Of a stretch of 64,000 nt of DNA, positions 29,733 to 37,749 are shown piece after piece. This DNA is from a bacterium (GTDB taxonomy: Bacteria > Bacteroidota > Bacteroidia > Bacteroidales > FEN-979): NCBI GenBank assembly GCA_037141055.1, contig JBAXDH010000003.1, positions 6,256 through 70,255 of the forward strand, read 5' to 3'. A program made the translations under genes and the position numbers. Every line of letters starts with the position of its first letter. The stretch's first letter is position 1. The notes under the pieces are model-generated. The model saw nothing but the letters and a program-made list of their open reading frames with translations, was not told the DNA's origin and did no database searches.

Positions 29733-30926
29733 ATGTTGAAGGGAAAGAAAATTGTTGTCGGGATTACCGGCAGCATTGCAGCCTACAAAATCCCGTTCCT
29801 TGTCCGGCTTCTCATTAAAGAAGGAGCCGAAGTACGCATCATCATGACTCCCGTTGCAAAAGATTTTGTAACACCGCTAACGCTCGCCACCCTGTCGCAG
29901 CATTCAGTGATCATTGACCCGTTTAAGGCCGATAACGGAGAATGGAACAATCATGTGGAACTGGGCCGTTGGGCAGATGCAATGATTTTCGCACCTGTCA
30001 CTGCAAATACACTGGGAAAGATGGCCCATGGGATTGCAGATAATTTTGTCGTTACTGCCTATTTATCAGCAAAATGCCCGGTGTTTATCGCGCCGGCCAT
30101 GGACCTTGACATGTATGCCCATCCATCGACACAGAACAACATCAGCATTCTCAGGAATTTCGGCAACATCATCATCGAGCCGCAGGTCGGTGAACTTGCC
30201 AGTGGCTTATCGGGCCCCGGGCGCCTGGAAGAACCGGAGGCGATACTCGGAATCCTGCAACACCATTTCTCACTGAAGCAGGATCTGACTAAAAAAAAAA
30301 TCCTGGTAACGGCAGGTCCGACCCACGAAAAGATTGACCCGGTGAGGTTTATCGGAAACTATTCAACAGGAAAAATGGGGTTTAGCATCGCAGAGGAAGC
30401 TGCCCGGCGCGGAGCCGATGTTACGTTGGTTGCCGGACCAGTGAACCTTGCGGTGAGCCATTCGAATATAAGGCGGATCGACGTTGAATCGGCTGCGGAA
30501 ATGTTTGAGGCATGCATGCGGGAAGCTTCAAAGGCAGATATCGTCATCATGGCCGCCGCTGTTGCTGACTACACCTATCTCCCAAAGTCATCCGTCAAGC
30601 TGAAAAAGGGGGAGGGGCCTTTCGTCGTCGAACTTGCACCCACTGCAGACATTTTAAAAGAGATCGGGAAAAACAAGAGACAAAACCAGGTGATTGTCGG
30701 GTTTGCGCTTGAAACAGATCATGAACTTGAGCATGCCAAAAAGAAGCTGATCAGCAAGAATCTGGATTTTATCGTGCTCAATTCATTGAATGAGAAAGGG
30801 GCGGGATTTGGCCTCGACACCAACAAAATATCCATTCTTGACAGCTCGGGTATTGTTTTCGAAGGCAAATTAAAAACCAAACCAGCCGTTGCTTCGGAAA
30901 TCCTGGATTTCATTGTTAACCATTGA
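29733..30926 (+). CDS. coaBC: Bifunctional phosphopantothenoylcysteine decarboxylase / phosphopantothenate-cysteine ligase
   Basis: 397-aa ORF with flavoprotein N-domain GITGSIAAYK and PAMDLDMY, and CoaB domain ITAGPTHEKIDPVRFIGNYSTGKMG. Confidence 0.95.
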   Translation: MLKGKKIVVGITGSIAAYKIPFLVRLLIKEGAEVRIIMTPVAKDFVTPLTLATLSQHSVIIDPFKADNGEWNNHVELGRWADAMIFAPVTANTLGKMAHGIADNFVVTAYLSAKCPVFIAPAMDLDMYAHPSTQNNISILRNFGNIIIEPQVGELASGLSGPGRLEEPEAILGILQHHFSLKQDLTKKKILVTAGPTHEKIDPVRFIGNYSTGKMGFSIAEEAARRGADVTLVAGPVNLAVSHSNIRRIDVESAAEMFEACMREASKADIVIMAAAVADYTYLPKSSVKLKKGEGPFVVELAPTADILKEIGKNKRQNQVIVGFALETDHELEHAKKKLISKNLDFIVLNSLNEKGAGFGLDTNKISILDSSGIVFEGKLKTKPAVASEILDFIVNH

Positions 30927-30937
30927 ACCATTCAGTC

Positions 30938-31852
30938 ATGACACATATAAAAGCCATTTTACTGATTTTCATGGGCCTGGTATCCTTTTACGGAGTGCAG
31001 GCACAGGAGCTAAACTGCATGATCAGCATCAATACACAGAAGGTAGAAGGATCCGACAAGAAAGTATTCGAAACCCTGCAGAATGCCCTGTATGAGTTTG
31101 TGAACAACCGCAAGTGGTCAAATTACAATTTCAAACAGGAAGAGCGGATCGAATGCACCATGATGATCACCATCAACGACCGCCTCGGTGCGGATGAATT
31201 CCGCGGCACCATGAATGTTGTCATTCGCAGGCCTGTCATCAATACGGCATACAACTCCGTGCTGCTGAACACAATTGACAAGAATGTTCAGTTCAAATAT
31301 GTCGAATATCAGCCCCTCGATTTCTCCGACGGCACTTTCACTTCCAATCTCACATCCATCTTTGCATATTACTCATACCTCACACTCGGGTTTTATTTTG
31401 ATTCATTTTCACCAAGCGGCGGAAGCCAGTTTCTGGAAAAAGCCCAGGAGGTTGTCAATGCGGCTCAAAATTCATCAGACCCGGGATGGAAAGCCTTTGA
31501 GAGTGACAAAAACCGTTACTGGATTGCCAATAACTACCTGAATTCCGCCAACTCGGAATTGCGCGATTTTGCATACCGCTATCACCGGCTTGGACTTGAC
31601 CAGATGTATGACAAAGTTGACCAGGGTAGGAATGTCGTTACGGAAGGAATCGAGGTTTTGCAGAAGCTGTACAATGCCAAGCCTAACCTGTACGCTTTGC
31701 AACTCATCTTTGACGCCAAACGGGATGAATTCGTGAACATTTATGCGGATCAGAGGGTTCCCCCGATGGAAAAGACGAATATTTCGAACATTCTGAAGGA
31801 GATTGACCCGGCAAACAGTTCAAAATACAATGCCATTCTCGAATCAAAATAA
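30938..31852 (+). CDS. DUF4835 family protein (PorD-type T9SS-associated protein)
   Basis: Signal peptide then AQELNCMISINTQKVEGSDKKVFETLQNALYEFVNNRKWS, the characteristic DUF4835 N-terminus. Conserved position between coaBC and recN. ATG 30938 preferred over the ORF-track TTG at 30923. Confidence 0.75.
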   Translation: MTHIKAILLIFMGLVSFYGVQAQELNCMISINTQKVEGSDKKVFETLQNALYEFVNNRKWSNYNFKQEERIECTMMITINDRLGADEFRGTMNVVIRRPVINTAYNSVLLNTIDKNVQFKYVEYQPLDFSDGTFTSNLTSIFAYYSYLTLGFYFDSFSPSGGSQFLEKAQEVVNAAQNSSDPGWKAFESDKNRYWIANNYLNSANSELRDFAYRYHRLGLDQMYDKVDQGRNVVTEGIEVLQKLYNAKPNLYALQLIFDAKRDEFVNIYADQRVPPMEKTNISNILKEIDPANSSKYNAILESK

Positions 31853-31891
31853 ATGATGCAGGCTAACCGGGTTTTAACAAATGGCTGACCG

Positions 31892-33547
31892 ATGCTGCTG
31901 AAATTATCGATCAAAAACTACATCCTCATTCACGACCTGGAGATTGACTTCACCGAAGGATTCTCCGTGATAACCGGTGAAACGGGAGCAGGCAAATCAA
32001 TACTGCTCGGTGCCCTGGCGTTGATCCTCGGACAACGGGCCGATTCGGGAATCCTGCTGGACAATTCAAAAAAATGTGTTATTGAAGGACTTTTCAGGAT
32101 CAGCGGATACCAGCTTGATGATTTTTTCATTGGCCAGGAACTTGATTATGATGATACGATCATTCTCAGGAGGGAGATCAACCAGCAAGGGAAATCACGC
32201 GCGTTCATCAATGACACCCCTGTAAACCTTGCCCTGATGAAGGATCTTGGCGACAGGCTCGTGAATGTTCATTCGCAGCATTCGATCATTACCCTGAATG
32301 ATTCAAATTTTCAGTTGGCCGTAATTGACAGTTATGCCGGGATACAGGCGGAAGTCGTCGGTTACCGGACATCATACACCAGATTTACAGGACTGAAAAA
32401 GCAACTTGCGGAAATGGAATCACAGGAAGCCAGGGCTGCCGGGGAACTGGATTACTTCCAGTTTTTACTGGATGAGTTGCATACTGCACAATTGCTATCC
32501 GGAGAATTGCAGGAGACTGAAAATAAATTGTCGCTGCTCAATCATGCAGAAGAGGTGAAAAGCAGCCTTTTCAAGGCAAATGACATGATTTCCGGTACCG
32601 ACGACAACATCCTTGCCAATCTGACCCAGGTATTGCACATTGTTAACGGGGTTGCAAAGTACAAACCGGAGATTCGGGATATTGCCGAACGTTTAAACAG
32701 CAACCTTATTGATATCAAGGATATATCTAACGAACTGGACCTTGTAGGGGAGCAGGTGTTTGTGGATCCGCCATTGATGGAATCCCTTACGATGCGGCTG
32801 GACCACCTTTACCGCCTGATTAAAAAGCACCAGGTTTCGACGATTGAAGAATTGCTTACCATTAAACTTGACCTTCAGGAAAAAGTGTCGGAAGAGGCGG
32901 GCATGGAAGAACGGGTGAAAGCCCTGCGCGGCGAAATTGCAGGTATTGAATCTGACCTCATGGGGAAGGCCAGGGCAATTTCGGCAAACAGGCAGCGGAT
33001 CATCCCCGAATTTGAAAAAGAAGTGGTCGGCATCCTGGGAAAACTCGGAATAAGAACGGCCCAGTTCACCATAGAGTTTCTCAGGTCATCGTCTATCACC
33101 AAAGATGGAACCGACAAGGTCAAATTTTTATTCAGCGCCAATAAAGGAATTGAACTCAAGGATTTATCCAGTTCTGCCTCCGGCGGAGAATTGTCGCGCA
33201 TCATGCTGGCAATAAAATCGATGATCAGCCAGAAAAATTTACTGCCTACCATCATTTTTGACGAAATCGACAACGGCGTTTCCGGGGAGGTTGCGGGCAA
33301 AGTAGGCACCATTCTTAAACGCATGGGTAGTTACATGCAGGTCATTGCCATAACGCACCTTCCGCAGATTGCAGCGAAAGGAGACCGCCATTACTGGGTG
33401 TTTAAAACCGAAAACAATCAGACAACCGTAACTTTTATCAAGGAATTGTCGGCAAGTGAGCGCGTTGGCGAGATTGCCAAAATGCTCAGCGATGAAACCG
33501 TAACCGATTCAGCTTTGCAATCGGCATTGGAAATGCTTAAACCTTAA
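31892..33547 (+). CDS. recN: DNA repair protein RecN
   Basis: 551-aa ORF with Walker A GETGAGKS, a long coiled-coil middle region, the SMC signature SGGELSR and Walker B IIFDEID. Confidence 0.95.
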   Translation: MLLKLSIKNYILIHDLEIDFTEGFSVITGETGAGKSILLGALALILGQRADSGILLDNSKKCVIEGLFRISGYQLDDFFIGQELDYDDTIILRREINQQGKSRAFINDTPVNLALMKDLGDRLVNVHSQHSIITLNDSNFQLAVIDSYAGIQAEVVGYRTSYTRFTGLKKQLAEMESQEARAAGELDYFQFLLDELHTAQLLSGELQETENKLSLLNHAEEVKSSLFKANDMISGTDDNILANLTQVLHIVNGVAKYKPEIRDIAERLNSNLIDIKDISNELDLVGEQVFVDPPLMESLTMRLDHLYRLIKKHQVSTIEELLTIKLDLQEKVSEEAGMEERVKALRGEIAGIESDLMGKARAISANRQRIIPEFEKEVVGILGKLGIRTAQFTIEFLRSSSITKDGTDKVKFLFSANKGIELKDLSSSASGGELSRIMLAIKSMISQKNLLPTIIFDEIDNGVSGEVAGKVGTILKRMGSYMQVIAITHLPQIAAKGDRHYWVFKTENNQTTVTFIKELSASERVGEIAKMLSDETVTDSALQSALEMLKP

Positions 33548-33548
33548 C

Positions 33549-34622
33549 ATGGAACAACCGGAAAATAAATCGAACGACCCCAATATCGTAAGCCAGGGCC
33601 TTGAAGTCACAATCAAAGTGGGCCTGGTGCTGGGCCTTATTGCATGGTGTTTTATCATACTGAAGCCCTTTCTGATGATCATGCTGTGGGGGATTATCCT
33701 TGCCGTTGCGCTGTTTCCGCTGTACAAATGGCTGAGGGCCAAATTGGGGAACCGGGGAAAAATCGCTGCCGTGATCGTTACTGTGCTGCTTCTGGCAACA
33801 ATCCTGCTCCCGGTCATACTGCTCGGAGGCTCCCTTAGTGATGCAATTATGTTCGTTAAGGCTTCCCTGACCGCCGGGAAAAACATCATTCCGCCGCCTG
33901 CCGAAACTGTTAAGGCATGGCCGGTCATCGGTCCGCAGTTATATGATTTTTGGCTGCATGCTTCCGATAACCTGGCAGGTGTGGTTAAGGAATACCAGGC
34001 GCAATTGTTGACCGGCCTCACCTGGCTGATATCTGCCCTGACCAATGCAGGGCTGGGTGTGTTGTTGTTCATCGCTTCCATTTTTATATCGGGCCTCTTC
34101 CTGGTTTATGCTGACCAGGGGGCGGATGCAACAAAAAGGATCGCCGTGCGCTTAATGGGAGTGGCGGGGATCAAAACCGTTGCAAATGCAGAGGTCACCA
34201 TCAGGAATGTCGCCCGGGGAATATTGGGGGTGGCATTCATCCAGGCATTCCTGGCAGGAATTGGATTTCTGGTAGCCGGCATCCCCGGTGCAGGGCTGTG
34301 GGCGCTGATCGGTTTTGCACTTGCAATCGTCCAGATCGGGGTCGGACCTGTTGTGATCGGCGTGCTGATCTATGCATTCCTCAAATTAAGCACCCTCACC
34401 GCTATTTTGCTCACAGCCTGGTGCATCCCGTTGCTCCTGATTGACAATGTCCTCAAGCCGCTTATGCTCGGTCGTGGCGCACCTGTTCCGATGCTGGTTA
34501 TATACCTGGGTGCCATCGGCGGGTTTTTAAGTTTTGGTGCCATCGGCCTGTTCGTTGGCGCGGTAGTCCTGTCCCTTGGCTACAGCCTGTTTTTGCTCTG
34601 GCTCAAAGCCGACAGATTATAG
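33549..34622 (+). CDS. AI-2E family transporter (PerM/YhhT-like)
   Basis: 357-aa polytopic membrane ORF with a Gly/Ala-rich C-terminal half (IPGAGLWALIGF, LGAIGGFLSFGAIGLFVG) typical of the UPF0118/AI-2E family. It starts 1 nt after the recN stop. Confidence 0.85.
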   Translation: MEQPENKSNDPNIVSQGLEVTIKVGLVLGLIAWCFIILKPFLMIMLWGIILAVALFPLYKWLRAKLGNRGKIAAVIVTVLLLATILLPVILLGGSLSDAIMFVKASLTAGKNIIPPPAETVKAWPVIGPQLYDFWLHASDNLAGVVKEYQAQLLTGLTWLISALTNAGLGVLLFIASIFISGLFLVYADQGADATKRIAVRLMGVAGIKTVANAEVTIRNVARGILGVAFIQAFLAGIGFLVAGIPGAGLWALIGFALAIVQIGVGPVVIGVLIYAFLKLSTLTAILLTAWCIPLLLIDNVLKPLMLGRGAPVPMLVIYLGAIGGFLSFGAIGLFVGAVVLSLGYSLFLLWLKADRL

Positions 34623-34647
34623 TCCCGGCTCTTTGCGGAAACTTTTC

Positions 34648-34655
34648 TATTTTTG
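34648..34655 (+). promoter_or_regulatory. Bacteroidota -7 promoter box TATTTTTG
   Basis: TAnnTTTG match 51 nt upstream of the ATG at 34706. Confidence 0.45.
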
Positions 34656-34705
34656 CAGCTGATTCAGATAACGGTTCCGGACCATTTTTCCAAGTAGTTC
34701 ATGAT

Positions 34706-35380
34706 ATGAAAAAAACGATTTTCTTATTAATTTTAAGTTGGATAACCTTTCTGTCGCAGGCACAAAATTCCATTGGCATTCAAATGGGTTTTTTAGGAAC
34801 CCACACAAGCATCGCAGAATATGAACGCATCGGTCGCAGAGACTTCCTGATTGACTCAATGTCCCTGTCCAAAAATGTAGGATCATTTCAGGCTGCTATA
34901 AAAGTTGATATTGATCTTGGTAAAAATGTCTTCCTGTCCACAGGATTTCATTACAGTTACAAAGGTCTGGCCAACGTAACCTTTACCGATTCAACGGGGT
35001 GGCCCTGGTCAACCCCGGCACGGCAACATTACCTCGGCATTTCGGTGCTTTTGGGTTACCGTTATCATTTCAAACAAAGTAAATGGGGAATTGAGTTGTC
35101 CACCGGCCCCCAGGTTGATTTTGCGGTAGGGACACCAAATGGCGGTGCATTGTTTTCCGGACCTTATTACAGGTTCTTCATGCCTTTTTCAAGATTCAGC
35201 GAGCTTGATGCTTCATGGGTGGTTGAAGCAGGTGCACGGTATAAACTCGGGCCCGGAGACTTTGTTCTGAAGATCAATTATCTTTTCGGCCTCAGCGATG
35301 TGCTGGAAGATCCTTTTGTTGTCGGGAGAAGTACGTCATTGGGCCTGTCGGTGGGATATTCCTTCCCGCTGTCGAAGTAA
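34706..35380 (+). CDS. Outer-membrane beta-barrel (porin-family) protein
   Basis: 224-aa ORF with a signal peptide, alternating hydrophobic beta-strand pattern and an aromatic C-terminal strand (LGLSVGYSFPL). Confidence 0.65.
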   Translation: MKKTIFLLILSWITFLSQAQNSIGIQMGFLGTHTSIAEYERIGRRDFLIDSMSLSKNVGSFQAAIKVDIDLGKNVFLSTGFHYSYKGLANVTFTDSTGWPWSTPARQHYLGISVLLGYRYHFKQSKWGIELSTGPQVDFAVGTPNGGALFSGPYYRFFMPFSRFSELDASWVVEAGARYKLGPGDFVLKINYLFGLSDVLEDPFVVGRSTSLGLSVGYSFPLSK

Positions 35381-35404
35381 ACAGGATACTCCTTAACATT
35401 CAGT

Positions 35405-36751
35405 TTATTCCGTATAATACCGGATCATCCTCCGGATAGCATCCTGGCAAACCGGACAGAATGCCGGCGCTTCATTGCTTTTCATGCGGCAATCCATCAT
35501 CGGACTGTAGATTCCTTTCGCCTGGTAGCCACCTCCCTCGAACAGCCCGATTAACCCTTTGTTTTTATCTTCCCGCGGAGTAGGCAGGGGCGTTCCCGGG
35601 GCAACCATCGACTTCCATTTTGAATCAAAGTTCAGGTTGGTTGTGATGTTTGGTTGGGGCGGCTCGAATTTAAGGTTGTAATAATCGGAGTATGTGATCT
35701 CCGAAGTATAGTATTCATCGGCCAGTCCGGCAAACTCATGCCCGAATTCATGGACGGCTACGATGTTCGAAAGTTGATGGTCAACGGTGCTTTGCCCGTA
35801 ATGATTGTAAAAACCGCCGCCACCATAGCGTTTGCTGTTTACCAGCACGAAAATAACATCATACGGTACATTCGCAGCAATATCATACACCGATTTTGTA
35901 TCTGAAGTTGTCAGATAGCGGTCCATGTTAAAGGTGTAAAAACTGCTGTGGATATTGGTGTTCACATAAATATCCTTCCCGGGAATGGTCACGCCCGATT
36001 CGTCCGACGGAGATTCAATGGCATAAAAGTTAAACTTGTTTGAATCGCTCGCATAAGGCTCCACCGATAAAAAATATTTGCACATTCGTTTGGCATCCGA
36101 TCTGAATTTGTCCATCTCCAGGGTTGTGTATCCTTCGGCAAGGAATGCAACGTCGACATGGTTCTCCGGTTCTCCGGAGTCTTTTATTTTTTCATACTTA
36201 TACGAATGGACACTCTCTTTTATGATGAAATAATCAGTCGGATTGATGAAGCGTTCAAACAAAATAACGAACTCGTTGGTTTCGAACGATCTTTTTTCGA
36301 TCACGAAGCGGATCGTGTTTTTGGGAAATGGCATGACGGCCGTCATCGGGTAGGCACGCCTCATTTTCTTTGCTTCTTCCGTACCCCTCCATTCCTCGTA
36401 GAGCGTACTGTATCCTTTGGAGTAAAGCAATTTTTTGTTTGCTGAATCATACACCGAGAACCGGTATGTTCCGTAGCCGAAAGAATCAATAAGATTCTTA
36501 TGCGGTCCGCCCCACAGTGGTTCTTCCATCATCTGCACGAAACAAACATCTTCAGACCTGGAATCGCCGGCAAGCAGGTAGTCCACCCGAAGCGTTTTCG
36601 GTAAAAAATTTTCATCGAATGAAACAGTCTCGTTCTCTGCAACAACAGCCATCGCCGTCGCAGCGGTGGTAACGGCCTGCGCCCCGGCTTCGGCGTGGTT
36701 GAACACAAAGGCAGCCGATAAAAGGGATAGATGGAATAGATTAAGTTTCAT
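35405..36751 (-). CDS. M64-family (IgA-peptidase-like) metallopeptidase
   Basis: HEFGHEFAGLADEY zinc motif and a GGGGFYN segment, both typical of Peptidase_M64. Signal peptide MKLNLFHLSLLSAAFVF from ATG 36751. Confidence 0.85.
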   Translation of the reverse strand: MKLNLFHLSLLSAAFVFNHAEAGAQAVTTAATAMAVVAENETVSFDENFLPKTLRVDYLLAGDSRSEDVCFVQMMEEPLWGGPHKNLIDSFGYGTYRFSVYDSANKKLLYSKGYSTLYEEWRGTEEAKKMRRAYPMTAVMPFPKNTIRFVIEKRSFETNEFVILFERFINPTDYFIIKESVHSYKYEKIKDSGEPENHVDVAFLAEGYTTLEMDKFRSDAKRMCKYFLSVEPYASDSNKFNFYAIESPSDESGVTIPGKDIYVNTNIHSSFYTFNMDRYLTTSDTKSVYDIAANVPYDVIFVLVNSKRYGGGGFYNHYGQSTVDHQLSNIVAVHEFGHEFAGLADEYYTSEITYSDYYNLKFEPPQPNITTNLNFDSKWKSMVAPGTPLPTPREDKNKGLIGLFEGGGYQAKGIYSPMMDCRMKSNEAPAFCPVCQDAIRRMIRYYTE

Positions 36752-36816
36752 GGTTTTCAAAATTTTCGTTTTGTATGAATCAATCGCAAAGTTAAAACCT
36801 TTCAGCAACCCCGTTT

Positions 36817-36848
36817 TCGCCATTTCGCTATTTCGCTATTCCGCTATT
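36817..36848. repeat. 8-bp tandem repeat, 4 units (TCGCCATT TCGCTATT TCGCTATT CCGCTATT)
   Basis: Read directly from the sequence. It lies between the DMT transporter stop (36844-36846, inside the last unit) and the M64 peptidase start. Confidence 0.7.
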
Positions 36849-37749
36849 TAAATTTCACCTGCACCACAACCATTCCAGCAAGCATCAGTGCGCAGCCGGC
36901 CAGCATCCTGGAAGTAAATCCCTCATGCAGGATCAGCCAGCCTCCCAGGACGGCAAACACGGCCTCCAGGCTCAGGATAATGGAAGCATAGGCAGGATGG
37001 GCGGTTTTTTGAGCGACAACCTGAAACGTATATGCAACGCCAACCGACAGGATGCCGCCATAGGCAATCGGCAGCCAGGCCTGAACGATGGAGGACAGGG
37101 TTACAGGTTCGATGGCAAACGCAATAACCAGGTTGAGCAGCGCACAAATGGAGAACTGGATGACTGCCAGCAAAAAACTGTTCATCAAAGGGGAAAGCCA
37201 CGCGATGAAGAGTACATGAAATGTAAAGATAATGGCACAAAACAATACCAGTTTATCCCCAGGGTCGATGGAGAATCCGGTTGTAATGCATAGAAGGTAC
37301 AGCCCTGCCAGGGATATCAACGCACCAATCCACATGGTAAGGTGCGAACGCTGACCAAAGAGCAGCCCGACAACCGGCACAAAAACCACGTAAAGCCCGG
37401 TGATGAATCCCGCTTTGCCTGCGGTGGTTTGCTGCAATCCCAGCTGCTGAAAGGCAACGCCGCCGAAAAGGAAAAGCCCGGTCATGATGCTTCCCAGGAT
37501 AATCTTACGGCGATCGGAGGGATGCGACACCCTGATAAGGGGTTCATCCCCGTATGAACTTTTAAACAGAAAGGGGAGGAGTACGATCGAGCCCAGTGCG
37601 AACCGAACCCCGTTATAGGTAAACGGGCCAACGTAGTCCATCCCGATCCGCTGGGCGACAAAGGCAAAACCCCAGATGATGGCTGCCAACAGCAGGATGA
37701 GGTCGGAACGGAAACTGGTTTTTGACATGGAACCGCTTTTAAACATCAC
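36844..37749 (-). CDS. DMT-superfamily (EamA-like) transporter
   Basis: 301-aa ORF with about 10 TM helices in two EamA-like halves (AAIIWGFAFVAQR in the first). Its start codon overlaps the GH92 stop codon. Confidence 0.85.
   Translation of the reverse strand: MMFKSGSMSKTSFRSDLILLLAAIIWGFAFVAQRIGMDYVGPFTYNGVRFALGSIVLLPFLFKSSYGDEPLIRVSHPSDRRKIILGSIMTGLFLFGGVAFQQLGLQQTTAGKAGFITGLYVVFVPVVGLLFGQRSHLTMWIGALISLAGLYLLCITTGFSIDPGDKLVLFCAIIFTFHVLFIAWLSPLMNSFLLAVIQFSICALLNLVIAFAIEPVTLSSIVQAWLPIAYGGILSVGVAYTFQVVAQKTAHPAYASIILSLEAVFAVLGGWLILHEGFTSRMLAGCALMLAGMVVVQVKFK

Noticed and set aside
33509-34081. 190-aa minus-strand ORF
   Set aside because: It is antisense to the recN 3' end and the AI-2E transporter gene. 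Its composition is typical of the reverse frame of a Gly/Ala/Leu-rich membrane protein.
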